Below, piece after piece: positions 1 to 13,595 of a stretch of DNA of 64,000 nucleotides. The notes beneath the pieces are model-generated. The model made no database searches and was not told the DNA's origin. It saw only the letters and a list, made by a program, of their open reading frames with translations. Position 1 is the first letter of the stretch. Every line of letters starts with the position of its first letter. The position numbers were made by a program, and so were the translations under genes. This stretch comes from Sphyrna mokarran (Eukaryota). The stretch lies in assembly GCA_024679065.1 (NCBI GenBank), contig JAGIQG010000009.1, positions 95,790,001 through 95,854,000 on the forward strand. Reading direction: 5' to 3'.

Positions 1-3000
1 AACACAGTTCACACACTGAGAGAGACAGTATCAGTACAGGACGCAGCTCACACACTGAGAGGGACAGTATCAGTACAGGACACAGCTCCACACTGAGGGG
101 GACAGTATCAGTACAGGACACAGCTCACACACTGAGAGGGACAGTATCAGTACAGGACACAGCTCACACAGTGAAAGGGACAGTATCAGTACAGGACACA
201 GTTCACACACTGAGAGAGACAGTATCAGTACAGGACACAGCTCACACACTGAGAGGGACAGTATCAGTACAGGACACAGTTCACACACTGAGAGAGACAG
301 TATCAGTTCAGGACACAGCTCACACACTGAGAGGGACAGTATCAGTACAGGACACAGTTCACACACTGAGAGGGACAGTATCAGTACAGGACACAGCTCA
401 GACACTGAGAGGGACAGTATCAGTACAGGACACAGTTCACACACTGATAGGGACAGTATCAGTAGAGGACACAGTTCACACACTGATAGGGACAGTATCA
501 GTGTAGAACACAGTTCACATACTGAGAGGGACAGTATCAGCGTAGGAGACAGTTCACATACTGAGAGGGACAGTATCAGTACAGGACACAGTTCACACAC
601 TGAGAGGGACAGTATCAGTACAGGACACAGTTCACACACTGAGAGGGACAGTATCAGTATAGGACACAGTTCACACACTGAGAGGGACAGTATCAGTACA
701 GGACACAGTTCACACACTGAGAGGGACAGTATCAGTACAGGACACAGCTCACACACTGAGAGGGACAGTATCAGTACAGGACACAGTTCACACACTGAGA
801 GGGACAGTATCAGTACAGGACACAGTTCACACACTGAGAGGGACAGTATCAGCGTAGGACACAGTTCACACACTGAGAGGGACAGTATCAGTACAGGACA
901 CAGCTCACACACTGAGAGGGACAGTATCAGTACAGGACACAGCTCACACACTGAGAGGGACAGTATCAGTACAGGACACAGTTCACACACTGAGAGGGAC
1001 AGTATCAGTACAGGACACAGTTCACACACTGAGAGGGACAGTATCAGTACAGGACACAGTTCACACACTGAGAGGGACAGTATCAGTACAGGACACAGTT
1101 CACACACTGAGAGGGACAGTATCAGTACAGGACACAGTTCACACACTGAGAGAGACAGTATCAGTACAGGACACAGTTCACACACTGAGAGGGACAGTAT
1201 CAGTACAGGACACAGTTCACACACTGAGAGGGACAGTATCAGTACAGGACACAGTTCACACACTGAGAGGGACAGTATCAGTACAGGACACAGTTCACAC
1301 ACTGAGAGGGACAGTATCAGTACAGGACACAGTTCACATACTGAGAGAGACAGTATCAGTACAGGACACAGTTCACACACTGAGAGGACAGTATCAGCGT
1401 GGGACAAAGTTCACACACTGAGAGGGACAGTATCAGTACAGGACACAGTCACATGCTGAGACGGACAGTATCAGTACAGGACACAGTTCACACACTGAGA
1501 GAGACAGTATCAGTTCAGGACACAGCTCACACACTGAGAGGGACAGTATCAGTACAGGACACAGTTCACACACTGAGAGGGACAGTATCAGTACAGGACA
1601 CAGCTCACACACTGAGAGGGACAGTATCCGTTCATGACACAGTTCACACACTTACAGGGACAGTATCAGTAGAGGACACAGTTCACACACTGAAAGGGAC
1701 AGTATCAGTGTAGAACACAGTTCACTTACTGAGAGGGACAGTATCAGTACAGGACACAGTTCACACAGTGAGAGGGACAGTATCAGTACAGGGCACAGCT
1801 CACACACTGAAAGGGACAGTATCAGTAAAGGACACAGTTCACATACTGAGAGGGACAGTATCAGTACAGGACACAGCTCACACACTGAGGGGGACAGTAT
1901 CAGTACAGGACACAGCTCACACAGTGAAAGGGACAGTATCAGTACAGGACACAGCTCACACACTGAGAGGGACAGTATCAGTAGAGAACACAGTTCACAC
2001 ACTGAGAGAGACAGTATCAGTACAGGACGCAGCTCACACACTGAGAGGGACAGTATCAGTACAGGACACAGCTCCACACTGAGGGGGACAGTATCAGTAC
2101 AGGACACAGCTCACACACTGAGAGGGACAGTATCAGTACAGGACACAGCTCACACAGTGAAAGGGACAGTATCAGTACAGGACACAGTTCACACACTGAG
2201 AGAGACAGTATCAGTACAGGACGCAGCTCACACACTGAGAGGGACAGTATCAGTACAGGACACAGTTCACACACTGAGAGAGACAGTATCAGTTCAGGAC
2301 ACAGCTCACACACTGAGTGGGACAGTATCAGTACAGGACACATTTCACACACTGAGAGGGACAGTATCAGTACAGGACACAGCTCAGACACTGAGAGGGA
2401 CAGTATTAGTACAGGACACAGTTCACACACTGATAGGGACAGTATAAGTAGAGGACACAGTTCACACACTGATAGGGACTGTATCAGTGTAGAACACAGT
2501 TCACATACTGAGAGGGACAGTATCAGCGTAGGAGACAGTTCACATACTGAGAGGGACAGTATCAGTACAGGACACAGTTCACACACTGAGAGGGCAGTAT
2601 CAGTACAGGACACAGTTCACACACTGAGAGAGACAGTATCAGCGTAGGACACAGTTCACACACTGAGAGGGACAGTATCAGTACAGGACACAGTTCACAC
2701 ACTGAGAGGGACAGTATCAGTACAGGACGCAGTTCACACACTGAGAGAGACAGTATCAGCGTAGGACACCGTTCACACACTGAGAGGGACAGTATCAGTA
2801 CAGGACACAGCTCACACACTGAGAGGGACAGTATCAGTACACGACACAGTTCACACACTGAGAGGGACAGTATCAGTACAGGACACAATTCACGCACTGA
2901 GAGGGACAGTATCAGTACAGGACACAGTTCACACACTGAGAGGGACAGTATCAGTACAGGACACAGTTCACACACTGAGAGGTACAGTATCAGTACAGGA

Positions 3001-6000
3001 CACAGTTCCCACACTGAGAGAGACAGTATCAGCGTAGGACACAGTTCACACACTGAGAGGGACAGTATCAGTATAGGACACAGCTTACACACTGTGAGAG
3101 ACAGTATCAGTACAGGACACAGCTCACACACTGAGAGAGACAGTATCAGTACACGACACAGTTCACATACTGAGAGAGACAGTGTGGGTTTTGGGGGTAT
3201 CAGTACAGGACACAGCTCACACCCTGAGAGAGACAGTGTGAGTACAGGACACAGCTCACACACTGAGAGGGACAGTATCAGTACAGGACACAGTTCACAC
3301 ACTGAGAGGGACAGTATCAGTACAGGACACAGCTCAGAAACTGAGAGAGACAGTATCAGTACAGGACACAGCTCAGACACTGAGAGGGACAGTATCGATA
3401 CAGGACACAGCTCACACACTGAGAGGGACAGTATCAGTACAGGACCTAGCTCACACACTGAGAGGGACATTATCAGTACAGGACACAGGTCACACACTGA
3501 GAGGGACAGTATCAGTACAGGACACAGTTCATATACTGAGAGGGACAGTATCAGCGTAGGACACAGTTCACAAACTGAGAGAGACAGTATCATTACAGGA
3601 CACATCTCACACACTAAGAGAGACAGTATGAGTACAGGACACAGCTCACAGACTGAGAGGGACAGTATCAGTACAAGACACAGTTCACACACTGAGAGGG
3701 ACAGTATTAGTACAGGACACAGTTCACACACTGATAGAGAGTATCAGCGTAGGACACAGTTCACAGACTGAGAGGGACAGTATCAGTACAGGACACAGCT
3801 CAAACACTGAGAGGGACAGTATCAGTACGGGACACAGCTCACACACTGAGAGGGACTGTATCAGTACAGGACACAGTTCACACACTGAGAGGGACAGTAT
3901 CAGTACAGGACACAGTTCACACAGTGAGAGGGACAGTATCAGTACAGGACACAGTTCACACACTGAGAGAGACCGTATTAGCGTAGGACACAGTTCACAC
4001 ACTGAGACGGACAGTATCAGTACAGGACACAGCTCACACACTGAGAGAGAAAGTATCAGTTCGGGACACAGCTCAGACACTGAGAGGGACAGTATCAGTA
4101 CAGGACACAGTTCACACACTGAGAGGGACAGTATCAGTACAGGACACAGTTCACACACTGAGAGAGACAGTATCAGCGTGGGACAAAGTTCACACACTGA
4201 GAGGGACAGTATCAGTACAGGACACAGCTCACACACTTAGAGGGACAGTATCAGTACGGGACACAGCTCACACGCTGAGAGGGACTGTATCAGTACAGGA
4301 CACAGTTCACACACTGAGAGAGACCGTATCAGCGTAGGACACAGTTCACACAGTGAGTGGGACAGTATCAGTACAGGACACAGTTCACACACTGAGAGAG
4401 ACCGTATCAGCGTAGGACACAGTTCACACACTGAGACGGACAGTATCAGTACAGGACACAGCTCACACACTGAGAAGGACAGTATCAGTACAGGATACAG
4501 CTCACACACTGAGAGGGACAGTATCAGTTCATGACACAGTTCACATACTGACAGGGACAGTATCAGTAGAGGACACAGTTCACACACTGATAGGGACAGT
4601 ATCAGTGTAGAACACAGTTCACTTACTGAGAGGGACAGTATCAGTACAGGACACAGTTCACACACTGAGAGGGACAGTATCAGTACAGGGCACAGCTCAC
4701 ACACTGAAAGGGACAGTATCAGTAAAGGACACAGTTCACATACTGAGAGGGACAGTATCAGTACAGGACACAGCTCCACACTGAGGGGGACAGTATCACT
4801 ACAGGACACAGCTCACACACTGAGGGGGACAGTATCAGTACAGGACACAGCTCACAAAGTGAAAGGGACAGTATCAGTACAGGACACAGCTCACACACTG
4901 AGAGGGACAGTATCAGTAGAGAACACAGTTCACACACTGAGAGAGACAGTATCAGTACAGGACGCAGCTCACACACTGAGAGGGACAGTATCAGTACAGG
5001 ACACAGTTCACACACTGAGAGAGACAGTATCAGTTCAGGACACAGCTCACACACTGAGAGGGACAGTATCAGTACAGGACACATTTCACAAACTGAGAGG
5101 GACAGTATCAATACAGGACACAGCTCAGACACTCAGAGGGCCAGTATTAGTACAGGACACAGTTCACACACTGATAGGGACAGTATCAGTAGAGGACACA
5201 GTTCACACACTGATAGGGACAGTATCAGTGTAGAACACAGTTCACATACTGAGAGGGACAGTATGAGTACAGGACACAGTTCACATACTGAGAGGGACAG
5301 TATCAGCGTAGGACACAGTTCACATACTGAGAGGGACAGTATCAGTACAGGACACAGTTCACACACTGAGAGGGACAGTATCGATACAGGACACAGCTCA
5401 CACACTGAGAGGGACAGTATCAGTACAGGACCTAGCTCACACACTGAGAGGGACAGTATCAGTACAGGACACAGGTCACACACTGAGAGGGACAGTATCA
5501 GTACAGGACACAGTTCATATACTGAGAGGGACTGTATCAGCGTAGGACACAGTTCACATACTGAGAGAGACAGTATCATTACAGGACACAGCTCACACAC
5601 TAAGAGAGACAGTATGAGTACAGGACACAGCTCACAGACTGAGAGGGACAGTATCAGTACAAGACACAGTTCACACACTGAGAGGGACAGTATTAGTACA
5701 GGACACAGTTCACACACTGAGAGAGAGTATCAGCGTAGGACACAGTTCACAGACTGAGAGGGACAGTATCAGTACAGGACACAGCTCACACACTGAGAGG
5801 GACAGCATCAGTACGGGACACAGCTCACACACTGAGAGGGACTGTATCAGTACAGGACACAGTTCACACACTGAGAGGGACAGTATCAGTACAGGACACA
5901 GTTCACACACTGAGAGGGACAGTATCAGTACAGGTATAGAGGACACAGTCAACACTGGAGGACGATAGTACAGGACACAGTACACTGAGGCAGTATCAGT

Positions 6001-8166
6001 CAGGACAAGACACAGTTCACACACTGAGAGGGACAGTATCAGTACAGGACACAGTTCACATACTGAGAGGGACAGTATCAGCGTAGGACACAGTTCACAT
6101 ACTGTGAGGGTCAGTATCAGTGCAAGACACAGTTCACATACGGAGAGAGACAGTATCAGTACAGGACATTGTTCACATACTGAGAGAGACAGTATCAGTA
6201 CAGGACACAGTTCACACACTGAGAGGGACAGTATCAGTACAGGACACAGCTCACACACTGAGAGGGACAGTATCAGTACAGGACACAGCTCACACACTGA
6301 GAGGGACAGTATCAGTACGGGACACAGTTCACACACTGAGAGGGACAGTATCAGTAGAGGACACAGTTCACACACTGAGAGGGACAGTATCAGTGTAGGA
6401 CACAGTTCAACACTGAGAGGGACAGTATCAGTACAGGACACAGTTCACATAGTGAGAGGGACAGTATCAGTACAGGACACAGCTCACACACTGAGAGGGA
6501 CAGTATCAGTAAAGGACACAGTTCACATACTGAGAGGGACAGTATCAGTACAGGACCACAGCTCACAACTGAGGGGGACAGTATCAGTACAGGACACAGT
6601 TCACATACTGAGAGAGACAGTATCAGTACAGGACACAGCTCACACACTGAGAGGGACAGTATCAGTACAGGACACAGTTCACACACTGAGAGGGACAGTA
6701 TCAGTACAGGACACAGTTCACACACTGAGAGAGACAGTATCAGCGTGGGACAAAGTTCACATTCTGAGGGGACAGTATCAGTACAGGACACAGCTCACAC
6801 ACTGAGAGGGACTGTATCAGTACAGGACACAGTTCACACACTGAGAGAGACCGTATCAGTACAGGACGCAGCTCACACACTGAGAGGGACAGTATCAGTA
6901 CAGGACACAGTTCACACACTGAGAGAGACAGTATCAGTACAGGACGCAGCTCACACACTGAGAGGGACAGTATCAGTACAGGACACAGTTCACACACTGA
7001 GAGAGACAGTATCAGTTCAGGACACAGCTCACACACTGAGTGGGACAGTATCAGTACAGGACACATTTCACACACTGAGAGGGACAGTATCAGTACAGGA
7101 CACAGCTCAGACACTGAGAGGGACAGTATTAGTACAGGACACAGTTCACACACTGATAGGGACAGTATAAGTAGAGGACACAGTTCACACACTGATAGGG
7201 ACTGTATCAGTGTAGAACACAGTTCACATACTGAGAGGGACAGTATCAGCGTAGGAGACAGTTCACATACTGAGAGGGACAGTATCAGTACAGGACACAG
7301 TTCACACACTGAGAGGGCAGTATCAGTACAGGACACAGTTCACACACTGAGAGAGACAGTATCAGCGTAGGACACAGTTCACACACTGAGAGGGACAGTA
7401 TCAGTACAGGACACAGTTCACACACTGAGAGGGACAGTATCAGTACAGGACGCAGTTCACACACTGAGAGAGACAGTATCAGCGTAGGACACCGTTCACA
7501 CACTGAGAGGGACAGTATCAGTACAGGACACAGCTCACACACTGAGAGGGACAGTATCAGTACACGACACAGTTCACACACTGAGAGGGACAGTATCAGT
7601 ACAGGACACAATTCACGCACTGAGAGGGACAGTATCAGTACAGGACACAGTTCACACACTGAGAGGGACAGTATCAGTACAGGACACAGTTCACACACTG
7701 AGAGGTACAGTATCAGTACAGGACACAGTTCCCACACTGAGAGAGACAGTATCAGCGTAGGACACAGTTCACACACTGAGAGGGACAGTATCAGTATAGG
7801 ACACAGCTTACACACTGTGAGAGACAGTATCAGTACAGGACACAGCTCACACACTGAGAGAGACAGTATCAGTACACGACACAGTTCACATACTGAGAGA
7901 GACAGTATCAGTACAGGACACAGCTCACACCCTGAGAGAGACAGTGTGAGTACAGGACACAGCTCACACACTGAGAGGGACAGTATCAGTACAGGACACA
8001 GTTCACACACTGAGAGGGACAGTATCAGTACAGGACACAGCTCAGAAACTGAGAGAGACAGTATCAGTACAGGACACAGCTCAGACACTGAGAGGGACAG
8101 TATCGATACAGGACACAGCTCACACACTGAGAGGGACAGTATCAGTACAGGACCTAGCTCACACAC
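1..8166. repeat. 39-bp satellite array 1 (about 210 monomers; truncated by the window start and a gap)
   Basis: Consensus CAGTATCAGTACAGGACACAG(T/C)TCACACACTGAGAGGGA repeats head-to-tail; the ORF translations show 13-aa periodicity (LSVCELCPVLILS). Confidence 0.98.
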
Positions 8167-8266
8167 NNNNNNNNNNNNNNNNNNNNNNNNNNNNNNNNNN
8201 NNNNNNNNNNNNNNNNNNNNNNNNNNNNNNNNNNNNNNNNNNNNNNNNNNNNNNNNNNNNNNNNNN
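8167..8266. other. Assembly gap (100 N)
   Basis: Run of exactly 100 N, typical of an unknown-size scaffold gap. Confidence 0.99.
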
Positions 8267-8361
8267 AAACTGGACACCGTCCACATATCCGACACCCACA
8301 AACTCCGGGAGACCCGGGATCGGAGTCATTCCCGTGAGGAAATACCGGAGAGAGTGAGAGG
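8267..8361 (-). CDS. MHC class I gene C, exon 2 (alpha1), truncated by the gap
   Basis: Minus strand after a tttcag acceptor reads (A)SHSLRYFLTGMTPIPGLPEFVGVGYVDGVQF; 94/95 nt identical to gene B exon 2. Confidence 0.92.
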
Positions 8362-8519
8362 CTGAAATAGAGAGAGAGAGAGAATTCAGGATATACATCC
8401 TAAAAACACCAACACCCTCACACACACAGATCAGGGCATGAACCCCAAATACTGATTCCAAACCGAGAGCAAAACCTCCACCCAGCCTGGCATTGCCCCT
8501 CTCAAACCCCATCACTCAC

Positions 8520-8568
8520 CTGCAGACACCTCTCCACACAGAAGGACCAGCACTATCAGTCCAATCAT
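8520..8568 (-). CDS. MHC class I gene C, exon 1 (signal peptide MIGLIVLVLLCGEVSA)
   Basis: ATG at 8568 on the minus strand, hydrophobic leader, phase-1 GTGAGT donor; homologous to exon 1 of genes A and B. Confidence 0.92.
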
Positions 8569-8674
8569 TGATGCTTCTCTCGTGTTGGGGAAACATTTGG
8601 AGGAAACTCTTTTTCAAAGAGACACCATTTTCTCAACTCATTCCTTCCGTCTTTCCCGGTTCACACTGAGCCTC

Positions 8675-8750
8675 AATCTGATTGGTTCAGTCCTATTTTG
8701 TGTCCAATCAGAATAAAGTGATTCAGTGAGTCATCAGTCTCCGGCAGAAT
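8675..8750 (-). promoter_or_regulatory. Gene C promoter: X1-X2-like box, Y box and a second CCAAT
   Basis: Minus strand reads CCGGAGACTGATGACTCA, then CTGATTGG, then CCAAT; resembles the vertebrate MHC X1/X2/Y module and is conserved in position across the paralogs. Confidence 0.65.
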
Positions 8751-8812
8751 AGAAACAAACAGGTTGAGGAACTGCGTCAATGTTGAGAATTTGATAAATA
8801 TAGTTGCTTTCT

Positions 8813-9127
8813 CACAGTGGGACCGTGGTTAGCACTGCTTCCTCACTGTGCCACGGACTTCGGGTCAATTCCAACCTCGGGTCACTGCCTGTGTGGAGGT
8901 TGCACATTCTCCATGCGGCTTTCTTTTGGGTGCCCCAGTTTGCTCCCACACTCCAAAATGGGTGGGTTCCTTCAATAAGTCATTACCAAATTACCCTTTA
9001 GTGTCCCAAGATGTATGCATCAGGGGATTACCCATGGTAAACACGTAGAGCTGCAGTGGTAGGACCAGGGTGAAGGTGCTCTGCCTGAGATTGGTGTCGA
9101 CTCCATGGGCTCCTTCCATGATTCTAA
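8813..9127 (+). mobile_element. HE1-like V-SINE
   Basis: tRNA-like head GTGGTTAGCACTGC...; V-core GTGTGGAGGTTGCACATTCTCC; CATGATTCT tail. Confidence 0.75.
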
Positions 9128-10051
9128 CTTGATCACTGACCAGAGTGAATGAGCTGAAATGAGTTTGATACAGGGACAGAAGGAAGGACATTTGAGCTAA
9201 CCACTCGATTCGATCATCACTGATCTGAACTCCAGTTTCTGACAATAACCCATATCCTTAAATATCATTAGCCAATAAAAATCTAACATTCTTACATTTT
9301 AAAGTTCCAATTGTTTGCAATTTTTGGTAGAGAGACTGGATGTGGATTCCAGAATACTGAATCATTTTAACATCATAGAAAGATCTCCCCTCCAAATACT
9401 AAAGGAATGAAAATCAAGTTGATGCAACCCTTCAAACTTTATCCTTCGGATTAAAAACCCTAAACTCTAAAGGCTGGATTGAGTTGGAAAATCAGCTGTG
9501 ATCATAATGAATGGTGGAGCAGGTTTGATGGGCTGAATGGCCTGTTCCTGTTCCTATTTTCTTGGTTTCTATGAAATGCAAACCATGTGGAGGATTAGAG
9601 AGCTGCAAAGAGATTTGGACAAGTTAAGCAAATGGGCTGCAAGATGGCAGATGGAGTGTAAGGGGGGTCATTGTGGGGTTTCACTGTGTCTCCTGCCAGC
9701 ACAATATGGCCTTCTGCAGATTCACACTGGCCCATACAGATTTCACTCTGAATAACCCAGCCTACCAGAAGGTCTTTAAATTGAAGCATATCCATCCTTC
9801 AGTAACAGCATCCCACTTTGTTAATAGTGTACAAGGGAGTAATAATGAGAGGGTGGAGTGAGAGACAGAGTCAGAGTAAGTTGTGTCGGTGAGGCACAGG
9901 TTTAAAATAAAGTTCCAGAAAACCTTGCAAAGACTGTTTTTCACTTAAAAATGTTCTATCGAAGAGGCAGAAGATGTAATCTGATCTCTTGTTGATTTTG
10001 GAGACAAGCACAGTATTAATCTAAGGTAAAGTTAAAGTTTATTTATTTATA

Positions 10052-11254
10052 GTGACTAAAGAGGTGGATGGGGGTAAGGCAGTTGATGTGGTATATATGG
10101 ACTTTAGTAAGGCGTTTGATAAGGTGGCCCATGGAAGACTTCTGCAGAAAATGCAGATGTATGGGATAGAGGGTTATTTAGCTAATTGGATTAGGAATTG
10201 GCTAGCAGATAGAAGACAGAGGGTGGTGGTTGATGGGAGATATTCATCTTGGAGTTCGGTGACCAGTGGTGTACCTCAGGGGTCTGTTTTGGGGCCCCTG
10301 CTGTTTGTAATTTTTATAAATGATCTGGATGAGGGTATTGAGGATGGATTAGTAAATTTGCAGATGACACTAAAGTCGGTGGAGTGGTAGATAGTGAAGA
10401 GGGGTGTTATAGTTTGCAGAGGGACTTGGACAAGTTGCAGAGCTGGGCCGAGAGGTGGCAAATGGAGTTTAATGTGTAAAAGTGTGAGGTAATGCACTAT
10501 GGCAGAAATAATAAATGTGTAGAGTATAGGGCCAATGGTAGGATTCTTAGTAGTCTTGATGAACAGAGGGATCTTGGTGTGTATGTGCATAGATCCCTGA
10601 AAGTAGGCAGTCAAGTCGAGAAGTTTGTTAAGAAGGCATATGGAGTCTTAGCTTTTATTGGTAGGGGGATTGAATTTCGGAGCCGCAACGTCATGTTGCA
10701 ACTGTACAAAACTCTAGTGTGGCCGCACTTGGAGTATTGTGTGCCGTTCTGGTCCCCACATTATAAGAAAGATGTGGAGGCATTGGAGAGGGTACAGAGG
10801 AGGTTTACCAGGATGTTGCCTGGTATGAAGGGCAGGTCTTATGAAGAGAGGCTGAGGGATTTGAGGTTGTTTTCGTTATAAAGGAGGCGGCTAAGAGGGG
10901 ACCTAATCGAAACATATAAGATGATTAGAGGTTTAGATAGGGTGGACAGTGATAGCCTTTTTCCTAGGATGGAGAAAGCTAGCACGAGGGGACACAGCTT
11001 TAAATTGAGGGGTGATAGTTATAGGACGGATATCAGAGGTAGGTTCTTTACCCAAAGGGTGTTTCGGGAGTGGAATGCCCTGCCTGCAGCAGTTGTAGAT
11101 GCGCCAAGTTTGGTGGCGTTTAAGAGGTTAGTTGATAAGTATATGGAAGTGAAGGGAATGGTTTAGTATGGAGGGGCATTGCGTTTTATATTGGTCGGCG
11201 CAACATCGAAAAGGCCGAAGGGCCTGTTCTGTGCTGTAATGTTCTATGTTCTAT
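10052..11254 (+). mobile_element. CR1/HER1-type LINE, 5'-truncated and relatively young (RT C-terminal part plus 3' UTR)
   Basis: ORFs contain [23 protein letters not shown] and LEYC.FWSPHYKKD; tail GTTCTATGTTCT. Confidence 0.92.
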
Positions 11255-11533
11255 TTATTGTCAAAAGTATGCTTACATTCACACTGCAATGAAGTTACTA
11301 TGAAAGTTCCCCAGTTGCCACACTCCCGTGCCTGTTTGGGTACACTGAGAGAGAATTAGCATGACCAATGCACCTAACCAGCATGTCTTTTTGGCTGTAG
11401 GAGGAAACCAGAGCATCTGGAGGAATCCCACGCAGATATGAGGAGAACATGCAAACTCCACACAGACACACCCAAGGTGGGAATCAAACCCAGGTCCCTG
11501 GCACTGTGAGGCAGCAGTGCTAACCACTGTGCC
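11255..11533 (-). mobile_element. HE1-like V-SINE
   Basis: Minus strand reads GGCACAGTGGTTAGCACTGCTGCCTCACAGTGCCAGGGACC...GGAGTTTGCATGTTCTCC. Confidence 0.8.
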
Positions 11534-11956
11534 TTATTCTTCCTTAATTTCACACTCAGCCTCTCTAACCTATTGTAATTTCTGCAGGGTTCAGACAGAA
11601 ATGCTTTTTGAAATGAATGATTGTGTCTAAGGATATTTCTGAGAACAGGACACACTTATTTACTTATTAATTCAGATGTAATGAAGTGAGACAGTTTTAT
11701 CTGTGGGCCCAATGAATGCACATTGCACAACACTTTTGTCTTTGAGCTGAAATATTGCTTCCTATTTCATATGATTAGAAATCACAAGGACTATTCGTAT
11801 GTGACAGAGAACAGTTACTGGGAGAGGTGGGGGGGTGTAGTTGTGTGTGACAGGGAGAGGGGCCAGGGGAGCGCGGGGGAGTGGTGCTATTCAATTTTGC
11901 TAGCACAGTTTGAAAATTTAGAGACCTGTATGTACTCCACAAGGAACACACAAATT

Positions 11957-12540
11957 AGAACATAGAACATTACAGCGCAGAACAGGCCCTTCGGCCTTCG
12001 ATGTTGCGCCGAACAATTAAGAAAAAGCAATGACTCTCTAACCTAAACCATTCCCTTTTTATCCATAAACTTATCTACTAACTTTTTAAACGCCACCAAA
12101 CTTGGCGCATCTACAACTGCAGCAGGCAGGGCATTCCATACCCTTACCACCCTCTGGGTAAAGAACCTACATCTGACATCTGTCCTATAACTACCACCCC
12201 TTAATTTAAAGCTATGTCCCCTCGTGCTAGCTTTCTCCATCCTAGGAAAAAGGCTATCACTGTCCACCCTATCTAAACCTCTAATCATCTTATATGTTTC
12301 AATAAGGTCTCCTCTTAGCCGCCTTCTTTCTAACGAAAACAACCTCAAATCCCTCAGCCTCTCTTCATAAGACCTGCCCTCCATACCAGGCAACATCCTG
12401 GTAAACCTCCTCTGTACCCTCTCCAATGCCTCCACATCTTTCTTATAATGTGGGGACCAGAACTGCACACAATACTCCAAGTGCGGCCGCACTAGAGTTT
12501 TGTACAGTTGCAACATGACGTTGCGGCTCCGAAATTCAAT
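11957..12540 (-). mobile_element. CR1/HER1-type LINE 3' part (same subfamily as 10052-11254)
   Basis: ORF 12043-12516 reads MLQLYKTLVRPHLEYCVQFWSPHYKKD; AGAACATAGAACAT tail; cut by the gap. Confidence 0.92.
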
Positions 12541-12640
12541 NNNNNNNNNNNNNNNNNNNNNNNNNNNNNNNNNNNNNNNNNNNNNNNNNNNNNNNNNNNN
12601 NNNNNNNNNNNNNNNNNNNNNNNNNNNNNNNNNNNNNNNN
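12541..12640. other. Assembly gap (100 N)
   Basis: Run of 100 N. Confidence 0.99.
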
Positions 12641-12849
12641 GGAGTGAGGGTCTGTGGTCAGGGGTGGAGTGAGGGTCTGTGGTCAGGGCTGGAGTGAGGG
12701 TCTGTGGTCAGGGCTGGAGTGAGGTTCTGTGGTCAGGTCTGGAGTGAGGTTCTGTGGTCAGGTCTGGAGTGAGGTTCTGTGGTCAGGTCTGGAGTGAGGG
12801 TCTATGGTCAGGGCTGGAGTGAGGGTCTATGGTCAAGGCTGGAGTGAGG
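12641..12849. repeat. 25-bp minisatellite (at least 8 copies)
   Basis: GGAGTGAGGGTCTGTGGTCAGGGCT units start at 12641, 12666, 12691 and onward. Confidence 0.95.
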
Positions 12850-12974
12850 AGCTTAGATTGTGAAGGGAGTGAAGAGTTCAGCATTCTGTTGAAGGAACCC
12901 AGAATATGCAGAGTTGATCCTTCTAATGTGGATATTCTGGCTGGATTTAACTGTATAATCTGGTGGATGGGATA

Positions 12975-13286
12975 TAGAACATAGAACATAGAACAATACA
13001 GCACAGAACAGGCCCTTCGGCCTTCGATGTTGTGCCGACCAAAATAAAAAGCAATGCCCCTCCTAACTAAACCATTCCCTCTCATCCATATACTTATCAA
13101 CTAACCTCTTAAACGCCACCAAACTTGGCGCATCTACAACAGCTGCAGGCAGGGCATTCCACTCCCTAATCACTCTTTGAGTAAAGAACATACCTCTGAT
13201 ATCCGTCCTATAACTCATACCCCTTAATTTAAAGTTGTGTCCCCTCGTGCTAGCTTTTTCCATCCTAGGAAAAAGGCTATCACTGT
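12975..13286 (-). mobile_element. Short CR1/HER1 3' fragment inserted in the fragment D 3' UTR
   Basis: Minus strand encodes DSLFPRMEKASTRGH; (CATAGAA)n tail; interrupts UTR sequence that is contiguous in A and B. Confidence 0.9.
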
Positions 13287-13595
13287 GACTGTCTCTCACT
13301 GTATAGTCACTAAAGAGCAGCTCATCCAATCCAACACTGAGCTTTGAGACTGGCCTTCTGGAAGCTCCTGTACAGTCTGAGGGTGGAGAGATTGTGGGTA
13401 TTGAGACATCCAGAAACATCTCACTCTGGACAGCTGCTGCCAGTTTCTCAATTTCCTGTAGGAAATTGGCATTCCAAACAGTTTTCCCTGAAATTGGTCA
13501 CTGAGCTGTGTCATTCCCGCAGAATTTAACATCAGTTATGTCATGCAATATCTCTGATCTTTATCTGGATGTCTGGAGTGCAGAGTGGATCTGAC

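Noticed and set aside
70-8166. Long Cys/Leu-rich and Ser/Thr/His-rich ORFs (up to 526 aa) in both satellite arrays as real proteins
   Set aside because: The monomer is 39 bp with several stop-free frames, so long ORFs arise automatically; they overlap on both strands, mostly lack ATG starts and break at random indels.
8813-8890. tRNA genes at the SINE heads
   Set aside because: The A/B-box-like heads continue into V-SINE cores and lack a complete cloverleaf.
8267-12540. Gene C as simply the other haplotype (allele) of gene B
   Set aside because: The upstream flanks differ by many substitutions and several independent TE insertions or deletions, which fits a paralog better; not fully excluded without phased reads.
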